Below are positions 31,965-42,524 of a stretch of 64,000 bases of DNA, in pieces (within the stretch, counting starts at the first letter, position 1; every line of letters begins with the position of its first letter). The translations under genes were made by a program, and so were the position numbers. The DNA is from an uncultured Bacteroidales bacterium (GTDB lineage: Bacteria; Bacteroidota; Bacteroidia; Bacteroidales; VadinHA17). The notes under the pieces were generated by a model. That model made no database searches, had not been told where the DNA came from, and worked only from the letters and a program-made list of their open reading frames with translations. The stretch is taken from positions 246,952 to 310,951 of the forward strand of contig CAVTIJ010000008.1 in the NCBI GenBank assembly GCA_963734885.1, given 5' to 3'.

Positions 31965-33911
31965 TTATAACAATATCCTGTTCCCCAGCTTTCTCGAGAT
32001 GATCCCCAAAACCACACTCAGATTCGCATATCTCTTCTGCAGCTGGATAACTTTTTCAATATCATTGGCTTTGACAGCTTCTTCCAGGAGAACCATAATC
32101 TCTTTTCTTTTGATCATGATTTTATCGCTCTTGAACTTAAGCACTGCATCCCCGACGACTTCCTTTAATTTCATTTCCTCTGTCTCCACATAAGTCTGCT
32201 TAGCTTTCCAGATTGCGCTAAGCTCATGGGAATCAGCCAGAAGATCAGCAGAAAGACGTGAGATCTCCGGATCTTCATGTTTTACAAATTGTTTATCTGC
32301 TGTCACCAGACCGTGTTCCGAATGAAACTGAAAATCGGAAAAGATCTTCGAACAGACAGTATCATCAAAAAGAAGTTCATCAGAAGTGATTTCCCTTACG
32401 ATATAGTCAGAAACTGTGAGCATTTCCTCTTTTCCGTCTTCCTTATTCACGGTCCGTTCAAACTCCATGCTTCCGAATTTCAGAAGCAGCCTGATTATTT
32501 CTTTTTCGGAATAATAAGTTACTGCTTCACGTTGGATCGGTTTTATTATTACAGGCGGAGGCACCGGAAGATCTTCGGGACCGGGGTATTTATTCCTGTC
32601 CTGGAAACTCTTATGCTGCCTGATTTTATTTACCTCATGATAGATTATGGGTTCGCTGACCTCCAGTACAATACTGCATTCCTTTATATATACGGTTCTG
32701 GTGATTGCCTCCGGTATGACAGCTATTGATTTCACAATGTCGCGTATCAGATCAGCTTTTTTTACAGGATCATTATTAGCTTCTGAAAGAAGAAGTTGCG
32801 TTTTGAACCTTATGAAATCTGTTTCGTTCTCTTTCAGGAATTTCAGGAATTCCTCATTACTAAGTTTTTTTGAATAGGAATCGGGATCCTCATTATCGGG
32901 AATAAGTACAATCTTGACATTCATTCCTTCTTCGAGAACCAGGTCAATTCCGCGAATTGACGCTTTTATGCCGGCAGCATCCCCGTCATAAAGAATCGTG
33001 ATGTTCTGAGTGAATCTTTTTATAAGCCTCACCTGTTCCTGTGTGAGAGATGTTCCTGAGGAAGCAACCACATTTTCCACATTTGCTTCATGGAGTGACA
33101 TTACATCAGTATATCCTTCTACAAGATAGCATCTGTCTTCCTGGGTTATTGTTTTTCGTGCCTGGTATATTCCGTAGAGGATCTTACTCTTATGATAAAT
33201 TTCAGATTCCGGTGAATTCAGATATTTGGCTGTCTTTGCATCTGTCTTAAGTACTCTTCCGCCAAATCCCAGCACCTGTCCTGAGAGTGAATGAATAGGG
33301 AACATTACCCTGCCTGCGAATCGGTCAAAGATGCGGTCCTCATGCTGGATGGAAAGTCCGGTTTTGACCAGAAAATCCTGTTTATGGCCATCTTCCAGAG
33401 CTTTTTTTGAAAAGGCATCTCTCTTTTCATAACTGTAACCTACCTCAAATTTTTTCAGGGTGTCCTGACGAAACCCACTTTCTTTAAAATAAGTGAGACC
33501 GATAGAAATTCCTTCATCGCTATGGAAAAGATTTTCAGAGAATTGACGTGAAGCATAGGATGATACAACAAGCAGGCTCTCCCTTTCATTCTGTTTTTCA
33601 AGCTCTTCCTGGGTAAGCTCCTTTTCTACAACCTCAATGTGATATTTTTTTGCAAGATATTTAAGAGCTTCAGGATATGTAAGATGCTCATGCTCCATTA
33701 CGAAATTGACCGAGTTACCAACCTTTCCGCAGCCGAAACACTTAAAGATCTCTTTTGAAGGGGAAACGGTAAATGACGGTGTCTTCTCATTATGGAATGG
33801 ACAAAATCCAAGGTAGTTTACGCCTCTCTTCTTCAGAGGAACGAACTCCTGAACCACATCAACTATCTGAGCAGCATCGAGTATGCGTTCTATTGTGGCG
33901 CGGTCTATCAT
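31965..33911 (-). CDS. dnaG: DNA primase
   Basis: Zinc ribbon CPFHNEKTPSFTV...CFGCG, TOPRIM motifs LVEGYTDV and YDGDAAG. Confidence 0.9.
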   Translation of the reverse strand: MIDRATIERILDAAQIVDVVQEFVPLKKRGVNYLGFCPFHNEKTPSFTVSPSKEIFKCFGCGKVGNSVNFVMEHEHLTYPEALKYLAKKYHIEVVEKELTQEELEKQNERESLLVVSSYASRQFSENLFHSDEGISIGLTYFKESGFRQDTLKKFEVGYSYEKRDAFSKKALEDGHKQDFLVKTGLSIQHEDRIFDRFAGRVMFPIHSLSGQVLGFGGRVLKTDAKTAKYLNSPESEIYHKSKILYGIYQARKTITQEDRCYLVEGYTDVMSLHEANVENVVASSGTSLTQEQVRLIKRFTQNITILYDGDAAGIKASIRGIDLVLEEGMNVKIVLIPDNEDPDSYSKKLSNEEFLKFLKENETDFIRFKTQLLLSEANNDPVKKADLIRDIVKSIAVIPEAITRTVYIKECSIVLEVSEPIIYHEVNKIRQHKSFQDRNKYPGPEDLPVPPPVIIKPIQREAVTYYSEKEIIRLLLKFGSMEFERTVNKEDGKEEMLTVSDYIVREITSDELLFDDTVCSKIFSDFQFHSEHGLVTADKQFVKHEDPEISRLSADLLADSHELSAIWKAKQTYVETEEMKLKEVVGDAVLKFKSDKIMIKRKEIMVLLEEAVKANDIEKVIQLQKRYANLSVVLGIISRKLGNRILL

Positions 33912-33961
33912 AATTCAAAGATAGGATATTTGGCATTACAGTAATGTCAATTACATTGATG

Positions 33962-34064
33962 GTCATTGCGAGGAGCCTGCGACGAAGCAATCCTTTGTAT
34001 GCAAAACGAACTTAATTGAAATACTGCTTAACCGGAAAGATTGCTTCGCTTCGCTCGTAATGAC
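33962..34064. repeat. inverted pair of GTCATTGCGAG...GAAGCAATC-type palindromic units
   Basis: gtcattgcgaggagcctgcgacgaagcaatcc (33962-33993) and gattgcttcgcttcgctcgtaatgac (34039-34064). Confidence 0.7.
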
Positions 34065-34116
34065 ACTGATGTGATAGAATTTCGACCGTCCGGTCCAGCT
34101 TGTTAAAGTTGGGGGT

Positions 34117-35052
34117 TTACTTTAAACTTTTTCTGAAATACTCTACCGTCTTCTCCAGCCCGGTTTCGGCATCAACCTTCGGAGCCCAGTTCAGGGTGCT
34201 TTTGGCAAGAGTGATATCCGGTTTTCGCTGTTTGGGATCATCCTGCGGAAGAGGGAGATAAACTATTTTTGATTTTGATCCTGTCATTTTGATAACCATC
34301 TCTGCAAGTGTCTTGATTGTTATCTCAACCGGATTTCCAAGATTAACCGGACCCGTAAAACTATCAGGTGTCCCCATTAACTTAATGAGTCCATCTATAA
34401 GGTCGTCTACATATTGAAAGCTGCGTGTATGAGAACCATCACCGTAAATGGTGATATTCTCTCCCCGCAGAGCCTGAACGATAAAGTTGGAAACCACCCG
34501 GCCGTCATGAGAATTCATTTTCGGTCCGTATGTATTGAAGATTCGGGCAATCTTAATACGTACGTTATTCTGGTTATGATAGTTCATGAAAAGTGTTTCG
34601 GCGCATCTCTTTCCTTCATCGTAACATGCGCGGGGACCCAGAGTGTTGACATTTCCCCAGTATGCTTCATGCTGCGGGTGAATTTCCGGATCTCCATAGA
34701 TCTCACTTGTTGAAGCCTGAAGGATCTTTGATTTAGTCCGCTTGGCCAGACCGAGTGTATTTATTGCTCCCATTACCGATGTCTTGATAGTTTTGATTCC
34801 GTTATACTGATAATGTATGGGAGAAGCCGGGCAGGCAAGGTTATAAATCTCATCAGTCTCAACAAAAATAGGCATTGTCACATCATGCCTTATCAGCTCA
34901 AAGTATGGATTATTGAGGAGATGGATTATATTCATTTTTGATCCCGTGAAATAATTATCGAGACAGATCACCTCATGTCCCATGTCGAGTAATTTTTCAC
35001 AAAGATGAGATCCGATAAAGCCGGCGCCGCCGGTTACAAGTATTCGTTTCAT
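34117..35052 (-). CDS. uxs: UDP-glucuronate decarboxylase (UDP-xylose synthase)
   Basis: SDR fold with [18 protein letters not shown] and the family-typical LDNYFTG. Confidence 0.85.
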   Translation of the reverse strand: MKRILVTGGAGFIGSHLCEKLLDMGHEVICLDNYFTGSKMNIIHLLNNPYFELIRHDVTMPIFVETDEIYNLACPASPIHYQYNGIKTIKTSVMGAINTLGLAKRTKSKILQASTSEIYGDPEIHPQHEAYWGNVNTLGPRACYDEGKRCAETLFMNYHNQNNVRIKIARIFNTYGPKMNSHDGRVVSNFIVQALRGENITIYGDGSHTRSFQYVDDLIDGLIKLMGTPDSFTGPVNLGNPVEITIKTLAEMVIKMTGSKSKIVYLPLPQDDPKQRKPDITLAKSTLNWAPKVDAETGLEKTVEYFRKSLK

Positions 35053-35096
35053 AAGGGTTATATTATAAACAAATTTAAGAAAAGAGTTGATTCTTT

Positions 35097-35169
35097 ACGA
35101 GCGAAGCGAAGCAATCCCTTTGGGTGTTCATTCCGTCATTGCGAGCGAAGCGAAGCAATCCCCTTGGGT
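35097..35169. repeat. two direct copies of the GCGAGCGAAGCGAAGCAATCCC unit
   Basis: tacgagcgaagcgaagcaatccctttgggt followed by gtcattgcgagcgaagcgaagcaatccccttgggt, between the uxs start and the ileS stop. Confidence 0.7.
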
Positions 35170-35170
35170 T

Positions 35171-38100
35171 TCATGAATTCTTCTTTACCGCCACCTTCAC
35201 AACCCATTCATCAATATCAACCTCAGTAACCCCATTTCCTGAAATGGAATCAGTTAGCTCCACCGTTGTAGCAAGCGTTTGTGAAGCAATATATGACGAA
35301 TGACGCTTAACGGCTTCATGAACAAAATCATGATCTTCAATGAGTACAGTTATCTTGTCTGTAACATCATAACCATTCTCCTTTCGGATATTCTGAATAC
35401 GGTTCACAAACTCTCGAGCGATACCTTCATTGCGCAAATCATCTGAAACGGTTATATCGAGAGCTACGGTAAGCTTGCCTTCATTGGCAACCTGCCATCC
35501 CGGAATATCTTCCGAAATTATTTCAACATCATCCGTTGTCAGGATAACCGGCTGACCACCTATAATAAATGTATGCGTTCCGGTTGTCTCGAAATTGCTT
35601 ATTTCACCCGCATTCAGAGAAGAAACCAGGTTGCTTATGTCCTTCATAAGCTTGCCATAACGTGGTCCGAGGGTTTTGAAATTCGGCTTAATCTTCTTAA
35701 CAAGAATAGTAGCGGTATCATCGATATATTCAACCTCCTTTACATTAACCTCTGCAAGAATAAGATCTTTTACAGCTTCGAACTTCTTTTTGAAATCGTT
35801 ATCCGGAACCGGCACCATTATCCGTGCCAGAGGCTGACGTACCTTTAAGCTTACCTTTCTGCGCAGACCGAGTATCATTGAAGATATTTTCTGGGCTATA
35901 TCCATTCTCTCTTCAAGATCCTTATCAATCAACGACTCATCATATTCCGGGAACATGACAAGATGAACTGAATTCTCTTTTTGTCTTCCCGTTACATTAT
36001 TAAGATCGGTGAAAAGTCTGTCCATGTAGAATGGCGCTATTGGAGCTGCAAGCTGTGACACTGTTTCAAGACAAACATAAAGAGTCTGATATGCAGCAAG
36101 TTTATCCTTGTCATATTCCCCGCCCCAGTATCTTTTTCTGTTCAGGCGGACATACCAGTTACTAAGGTTCTCAGTGACAAAATCCTGAATTTCACGTCCT
36201 GCCCGTGTGAGATCATATCCATTATAACAACTTGTAACCTCTTTAATGAGAGAGTTAAGAAGCGAAATTATCCAGCGGTCAATTTCAGGTCTCTCATTTA
36301 CAGGGATCTCCTTCTCGGCATATTTAAAATTATCGACATTGGCATAAAGAGAAAAGAATGAATAGGTATTGTACAAAGTTCCGAAGAATTTGCGCTTTAC
36401 CTCATCCACACCCGAGATATCGAATTTCAGATTATCCCATGGCTGAGAGTTGGTTATCATATACCATCTGCAGAGGATCCGAACCGTATTCTTCTATTGC
36501 CGAGAATGCATCAACAGCATTGCCCAGGCGTTTTGACATTTTATTGCCGTTCTTGTCGAGGACAAGTCCATTTGAGATAATATTTTTAAATGCCACGGAA
36601 TCAGAGATCATAGTAGCTATGGCATGAAGTGTAAAGAACCAGCCTCTTGTCTGGTCCACACCTTCTGCCACATAATCAGCCGGGAACATCTCGCCAAAAT
36701 TTTCCTTATTCTCAAAAGGATAATGCGCCTGGGCATAAGGCATTGCTCCCGAATCGAACCAGCCATCTATCAGATCGGCTTCGCGGAACATTTTCTTTCC
36801 TGTATTGCTTACAAGGAAAATATCGTCAACAAACGGGCGGTGCAGGTCAAAATGCTCGTAGTTCTCAGGTGAATTGTCCCCTTCTATAAATTCTGCCAGC
36901 GGATTCTTCTTCATGAATCCGGCTTTTATTGATTTCTCTATTTCATTTTTTAATTCTGTGGCCGAGCCGATGCACTTTTCTTCTTTCTTGTCCTCTGAGA
37001 TCCAGATTGGAAGCGGAGTACCCCAGTATCGTGAGCGGGAAAGGTTCCAGTCTACCAGGTTTTCGAGCCATTTGCCAAACCGGCCTGTACCTGTTGACTG
37101 AGGATTCCAGTTGATTGTATTATTAAGCTCGATCATCCGGTCGCGGAATGCAGTCGTTTTTATGAACCAGGAATCAAGCGGATAATAGAGGACAGGTTTA
37201 TCTGTTCTCCAGCAGTGAGGATAACTATGTATCTGTTTTTCAATTCTGAAAACCTTGCCCTGCTGTTTGAGCATAACCGCTATCTCTACATCGATTGTTT
37301 CTGCATCTGCAGGAAGAGTTGAGTCATATTCATTTTTTACAGGATGGCCTTCAAATGCTGCATAGGTCTTTTTGTTTACGTTCTGCTTAACAAATGTTTC
37401 GTCCAGATCAGCTAAAGGAACCATGTAGCCTCTCTTATCAACCATAGGACCAAAAGTGCCGTCTTTTCTCTTAACCATCAACGGCGGGACGCCATTTTCC
37501 TTTCCTGCCCTGTAGTCGTCGGCGCCGAAAGTAGGCGCTATATGAACGATACCGGTACCATCTTCAGTTGTTACAAAATCGCCGGTTATTACTCTGAATG
37601 CGCCTTCCCCGGGATTCATCCAGTCTATCAGCTGCTCATAGTTAATTCCTTCAAGCTCAGATCCGGAAAATTCTCCTGAAACTTTAAAAGGTATCTTTTT
37701 TTCACCGGGTTTGTATTCAGAAAATTCAATTGAAGCATTTGCCTCAGGAAAGAGAGCATTTAAGAGTTCCTTTGCAATAATAACTGTTATCGGATCTCCT
37801 GAGTAGGGATTAAAGCTTCTGACTTTTATATATTTTATTTCTTTACCGACCGCCAGGGCTGTATTTGACGGGAGTGTCCACGGCGTGGTTGTCCAGGCCA
37901 TCATATGGACATCAGTGGTATCGATATTTTTGTATAAAAACTCCGACTTTTTATCTCTTTTAAGCTTGAACAGCGCTATACAGGTCGTATCCTTTACATC
38001 ACGGTAACAACCTGGAAGATTGAGTTCATGAGAGCTAAGTCCCGTACCTGCAGCCGGTGAATATGGCTGGATAGTATAACCTTTATAAAGGTTGCCGTTA

Positions 38101-38624
38101 TTATATAGCTTCTGAAGAAGCCACCAGAGTGTTTCAATATACCGGTTATCATAAGTAACATATGGATGATCCATATTCACCCAGTAGCCCATTTTACGGG
38201 TAAGATCTTCCCAGAGATCGGTATATTTCATCACAGCCTTGCGGCATTCCTTGTTATAATCTTCAACAGAGATATATTTGGGAGAAGCTTTATTACCGAT
38301 ATCTTCCTTTGTTATACCAAGAGCGGTCTCAACGCCAAGTTCAACGGGCAAGCCATGCGTATCCCATCCTGCCTTACGTTTAACCTCGTATCCGCATTGA
38401 GTTTTGAAACGGCATATTGCATCCTTGATTGTCCGCGCCATAACATGATGAATCCCGGGAATGCCATTTGCAGAAGGAGGACCTTCATAAAAAACAAATT
38501 CGCCTTTTCCGTTTACTTCACGTACGCTTTTGTTGAAAGTATCATTCTCATCCCAGATTCTAAGAATCTCCTTGTTTACTTTCGACAGATCAAGACCTTT
38601 ATATTCAGGAAACCGTTTCCCCAT
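35171..38624 (-). CDS. ileS: isoleucine--tRNA ligase, type 2 (single frame break near 36469)
   Basis: HIGH-region PSANGIPGIHH and KMSKS (KMSKRLGN). ORFs 36432-38624 and 35171-36460 overlap, and removing one base restores the conserved ..DPLRWYMITNSQPWDNL. Confidence 0.9.
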
Positions 38625-38774
38625 TGTATCAAATAGTTATTGTTTAAAAATTAGTAAAAAAAATTCCGACAAAGATAATCAAAATCCTGGCAATAAAAGA
38701 CGTAAGGGTCTAATGGCTTAGATTCTGATCTGGAACTCCCTGCCTCTCATGGTCCCATTAGTCGGGCCCCCCTG

Positions 38775-38799
38775 CCCCCCTAAAGGGGGAAGTTGATAT
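38775..38799. repeat. GGCCCCCCTGCCCCCCTAAAGGGGG motif, perfect inverted partner at 42434-42458
   Basis: Direct reading shows the reverse complement of 42433-42458 begins with the identical 25 nt. Confidence 0.8.
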
Positions 38800-38904
38800 G
38801 TTTATTAGGAATTTTGTAATATTTGTATAAATTGTCATTTAGAATTATATGAGCAATTTCCAGAGTATAATATGTTCTTATGGAGCAAATGCACCAGTGC
38901 TTTA

Positions 38905-39167
38905 AGAGGGCTGCAGCTTCATTTGGAAGATATGACTTTAGCCGAAAAGGTCCTTTGGAATAAACTGAATGGATGAAAAATCTTTAATGCTTAAATTTAC
39001 GAAAACAGCATCCTTCTGGATATTCATCGTTGATTTTATTGTCATGAATATAAACTTGTTTAGAAGTTGATGGAGATATTCACAACGAGATTGAAACAAA
39101 TGAAGACGACTTAGGAAGAACTGCTGAATTCTATGAGATAGATTTTCGTTTAAAAGTGATCAAGTAA
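38905..39167 (+). pseudogene. decayed DUF559 endonuclease gene
   Basis: Fragments in different frames: MTLAEKVLWNKLNG, ..FYCHEYKLV.. and DGDIHNEIETNEDDLGRTAEFYEIDFRLKVIK. They are collinear with the intact DUF559 at 8251-8649. Confidence 0.55.
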
Positions 39168-39301
39168 TACAACAAATAGATACTATTTAAAATTGATTCA
39201 AAGATTTAATTGATTGATTTAACGGACGATTACTGGATCTTAGCCCTTATCCTTAGCAGGGTGCAGTGACCAACAGGGCCTTATTATAAAACTATTGTAT
39301 T

Positions 39302-39996
39302 ATGAAAAAACTGGTCATTTTACCGGCGCCGGTATGAGTTCCGAGAGCGGAATAAAAACTTTCAGGGATTCAGGCGGATTATGGGAAGAATATGAAGTAT
39401 CGGAAGTAGCCACTCCAATGGCCTGGGCGAAAAACAGGGAACTGGTTCTCCGTTTCTATAATGAAAGGAGAAGACAGCTTGCAACGAGTAAACCCAATGA
39501 AGGGCATTTCGGTCTGGCCGCACTCGAGAAATATTTTGATGTTCACATAATTACACAGAATATTGATGATCTGCATGAAAGGGCTGGCAGCACAAAAATC
39601 GTCCATCTGCATGGTGAACTGACAAAAGCCCGAAGCTGCATTGATCCGTCTCTGATTTATGATATTGGATATAAGGATATCAAACCAGGAGATAATTGTG
39701 AAAAGGGGAGCCAGCTGCGTCCTCATATAGTCTGGTTTGGTGAAGAAGTGCCGATGATGGATGAGGCGGCGAATCTTACTGCAGATGCGGATGTATTTGT
39801 TGTGATAGGATCATCGTTGAATGTTTATCCGGCAGCAGGACTCATAGCATATGCACCTGCCAAAGCATCGCTGTGGCTCATTGATCCGAAGGAGGTTGTT
39901 ATTCCGATCAACAGGAAAGTTGAGGTGATAATGGAGAATGCATCGAAAGGGGTGGGGATACTGACAGAGCGACTATTATCTGACAAAATCAAATGA
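39302..39996 (+). CDS. cobB: NAD-dependent protein deacylase (Sir2 family), frame break within the first 10 codons
   Basis: GAGMSSESGIKTFR, QNIDDLHERAG and HG motifs. ATG at 39302 gives MKKLVIL, then the frame shifts at attttaccgg. Confidence 0.8.
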
Positions 39997-40322
39997 AAGG
40001 ATATACTTATATAATGGCCAATAAAAATAATTCTGTCCTTTACACAGGAGTTACTTCGGATTTAGAAAAACGTGTAATTCAACATAAAACAAAAAAGCAT
40101 CATAAAAGCTTCTCCGCTAAATACAATATCTGTAAACTTGTATATTATGAAGAACGTGAAACTATTGGGGAAGCTATAAAAAGAGAGAAACAGATAAAAG
40201 CGGGTTCCCGGAATAAAAAGATTGACCTTATTAATAGTATTAACCCGGAATGGAAGGATTTAAGCTTAATTCTGGACACGAACGGGGGATTGCTTCGCCC
40301 TCCTTCGTCGGGCTCGCAATGA
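39993..40322 (+). CDS. GIY-YIG nuclease family protein (COG2827-type)
   Basis: YTYIMANKNNSVLYTGVTSDLEKRVIQHK. The start overlaps the cobB stop (ATGA). The last ~12 codons are encoded by a palindromic repeat unit. Confidence 0.8.
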   Translation: MKGYTYIMANKNNSVLYTGVTSDLEKRVIQHKTKKHHKSFSAKYNICKLVYYEERETIGEAIKREKQIKAGSRNKKIDLINSINPEWKDLSLILDTNGGLLRPPSSGSQ

Positions 40323-40486
40323 CCGTTTTACTATTTGGAACTGTAACCTCCTTCGTCGGGCTCGCAATGACGGTTTTACTATTTGGCACTGTACCCTCCT
40401 AAGTCGGGCTCGCAATGACGCTGTACATTATTAGGTTAACTGTCATTCCGAGAATACCGCCAATTGGCGGAGACGAAGCAATCCCC
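40285..40486. repeat. repeat cluster: 48-bp tandem (about 2.5 copies) of CCTCCTTCGTCGGGCTCGCAATGAC units plus an inverted GTCATTCCGAG...GAAGCAATCCCC unit
   Basis: cctccttcg recurs at 40299 and 40347, and cctcctaag at 40395 (period 48). The inverted unit is at 40442-40486. Confidence 0.8.
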
Positions 40487-40545
40487 ATGAGCCAGTCTGA
40501 ACAATGGATAAGAATTCACTATCTTTGTTGTCTGTACTTTATCAG

Positions 40546-41125
40546 ATGAACATTCAAGAGACAGAAACGAAAGATAATCCTTGCCATAACCGGTGCCAGC
40601 GGTTCAATCTATGCATACAAATTACTTGAGAAACTGCACATAATAAATGCCCCGGTGGAGATTGCAGTAGTCTTTTCTGACACCGGCAAAGAGATCTGGC
40701 AATCTGAAATCGGATCGGAATTTCATGCTGAAGGGGCAGCGAAGGAATATGACAACCAGTCGTATAACGCTCCGTTCGCCTCTGGTTCATCACAATACGA
40801 TACAATGATCATATGCCCCGCATCAATGGGTACACTGGGAAGGATCGCTAATGGTACATCCGACGATCTGATCGCACGGGCTGCTGATGTGATGCTCAAG
40901 GAAAGAAGAAGACTTATACTTGTTCCCCGTGAGACTCCTTACAGCCTCATACATATTAATAATATGAAGACATTGACTCTGGCAGGAGCAATAATTTGTC
41001 CGGCAACACCATCATTTTACAGCAATCCAAAAACTATTGATGAACTGGTTATGACAGTAGTTGATCGTATAATCGACCTTGCAGGATTCAACAGCAGGGG
41101 CTTCAGATGGCTGACAAATGATTGA
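40546..41125 (+). CDS. ubiX: UbiX-family flavin prenyltransferase (frame break near 40570)
   Basis: KIILAITGASGSIYA, PASMGTLGRIA and LVPRETP. The ATG at 40546 is in a different frame from the conserved body. Confidence 0.8.
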
Positions 41126-41543
41126 CAGCAGAATAATCAGATTTTTCAGGCGGCATCATGTCCTCACAATTGCAACTACTGTTGACAATGAGCCCTGGTG
41201 TGCAAATTGTTTTTACGCTTATCTGGAAGAAGAAAATTCACTTGTCTTCACAACAGATGCTGATACCCGACACGGGAAAGAATTTCTGATAAATCCGGTT
41301 GTTGCGGGATCAGTGGTTCTCGAAACCCTGGTGATAGGAAAGATCCGCGGAATTCAGTTTCAGGGAACAGTGTCAGAACCGGAGGGTGAATTACTAAATA
41401 AAGCTAAATGGGCATATCTGAAGAAATTCCCTCCGGCCGCGCTGATGGATACGCATCTGTGGGTTGTAAAGCTGACGAAGATCAAAATGACGGATAACAG
41501 GCTGGGGTTTGGGAAAAAGTTAATTTGGACGATGGAGGATTGA
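41118..41543 (+). CDS. pyridoxamine 5'-phosphate oxidase family protein (YhbP/UPF0306-like)
   Basis: 141-aa ORF. The split-barrel pattern HHVLTIATTVDNEPWCANCFY...GIQFQG matches this family. Confidence 0.6.
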   Translation: MIDSRIIRFFRRHHVLTIATTVDNEPWCANCFYAYLEEENSLVFTTDADTRHGKEFLINPVVAGSVVLETLVIGKIRGIQFQGTVSEPEGELLNKAKWAYLKKFPPAALMDTHLWVVKLTKIKMTDNRLGFGKKLIWTMED

Positions 41544-41569
41544 GTTATTTTATATTTTCTGACACGAGT

Positions 41570-41666
41570 GGGGGATTGCTTCGCCTTCCTTCGTCAGGCT
41601 CGCAATGACAATATACTTCATTAAAGTTCACGATCCTTGCGAGGAGCGAAGCGACGAAGCAATCTC
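41570..41666. repeat. inverted pair of GATTGCTTCG...CGCAATGAC / GCGAGGAGCGAAGCGACGAAGCAATC units
   Basis: ggggattgcttcgccttccttcgtcaggctcgcaatgac (41570-41609) and ccttgcgaggagcgaagcgacgaagcaatctc (41635-41666). Confidence 0.7.
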
Positions 41667-41753
41667 TCTGCGAACCTCTGATCCCTGGTGAGTTGATTCG
41701 TCACTTTTCTAAATTTCCCTAATTTTACACCATAATTAATCCAATAAGATACT

Positions 41754-42380
41754 ATGTTTTCAGGAATAATCGAAGAAGCTGCTCAGGTTATAAAACTTGA
41801 AAAAGAAAAAGACAATCTTCATATTACGATGAAATGTTCATTCGTTAATGAACTGAAGATCGATCAGAGTATATCCCATAACGGAGTATGCCTCACAGTA
41901 GTAAAGAAAGATAAAGAGACTTATACCGTAACTGCAATAAAGGAAACTCTTGACAAGACAAATCTCGGATTACTTAAGCCGGGCGACAAAGTGAACCTTG
42001 AACGAAGTACTCGTCTCGATGGCCGTCTCGACGGGCATATGGTGCAGGGACATGTTGACCAGACGGCAGTATGTACCAGTGTCAGGGAAGCCGGAGGCAG
42101 CTGGTATTACACTTTTAAATATGAGCCTGCGCAGGATGATTATATTACTGTGGAAAAGGGATCAGTATCGGTAAACGGGGTCAGCCTTACGGTTGTAAAC
42201 TCAAAACAGGGATCTTTCGAAGTGGCGATAATCCCCTTTACGTGGGAGGTCACTAATTTCCATCAGATCAAAAAAGGAACTGTTGTGAATATTGAATTTG
42301 ATATTCTGGGGAAATATATTGCAAAGATTGTAAAACAGCAGCTTGGGGCCCCTCTCCCGCTAAAGCGGGATCTCCCCTAA
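41754..42380 (+). CDS. ribE: riboflavin synthase alpha chain
   Basis: MFSGIIEE...SHNGVCLTV and the duplicated lumazine-binding repeat GSVSVNGVSLTV. The C-terminal ..GAPLPLKRDLP is encoded by a palindromic repeat. Confidence 0.85.
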   Translation: MFSGIIEEAAQVIKLEKEKDNLHITMKCSFVNELKIDQSISHNGVCLTVVKKDKETYTVTAIKETLDKTNLGLLKPGDKVNLERSTRLDGRLDGHMVQGHVDQTAVCTSVREAGGSWYYTFKYEPAQDDYITVEKGSVSVNGVSLTVVNSKQGSFEVAIIPFTWEVTNFHQIKKGTVVNIEFDILGKYIAKIVKQQLGAPLPLKRDLP

Positions 42381-42458
42381 AGGGGAGAAAATACACGTAC
42401 TGTCCCGAATTTTAATTTGTACTGAGAATTTACCCCCCTTTAGGGGGGCAGGGGGGCC
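42346..42458. repeat. cluster of C-run/G-run hairpins (cctctcccgctaaagcggga, ctcccctaaaggggag, cccccctttagggggg)
   Basis: Read directly. The first two hairpins overlap the last codons and the stop of ribE. Confidence 0.75.
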
Positions 42459-42524
42459 AATTTTAAACAAAAAGCCGCCCATCTCCCGGACAGCCTTTAC
42501 GCCTTTATGCCGTTAAGCCATTTA

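Noticed and set aside
36430-36475. Programmed ribosomal frameshift in ileS
   Set aside because: No slippery heptamer or downstream structure is evident. A one-base insertion relative to a highly conserved motif is explained more simply by an indel error.
1747-38636. Numerous antisense ORFs inside long genes (e.g. 2308-2787, 7680-8072, 10670-11137, 32277-32729, 38166-38636)
   Set aside because: Each is fully embedded opposite a gene with strong family motifs, and their low-complexity or atypical composition is typical of shadow ORFs.
41544-41753. FMN riboswitch upstream of ribE
   Set aside because: The interval is occupied by GIY-YIG-type palindromic units, and I could not recognise the conserved FMN-aptamer core. 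ribE is also not the usual riboswitch-controlled gene.
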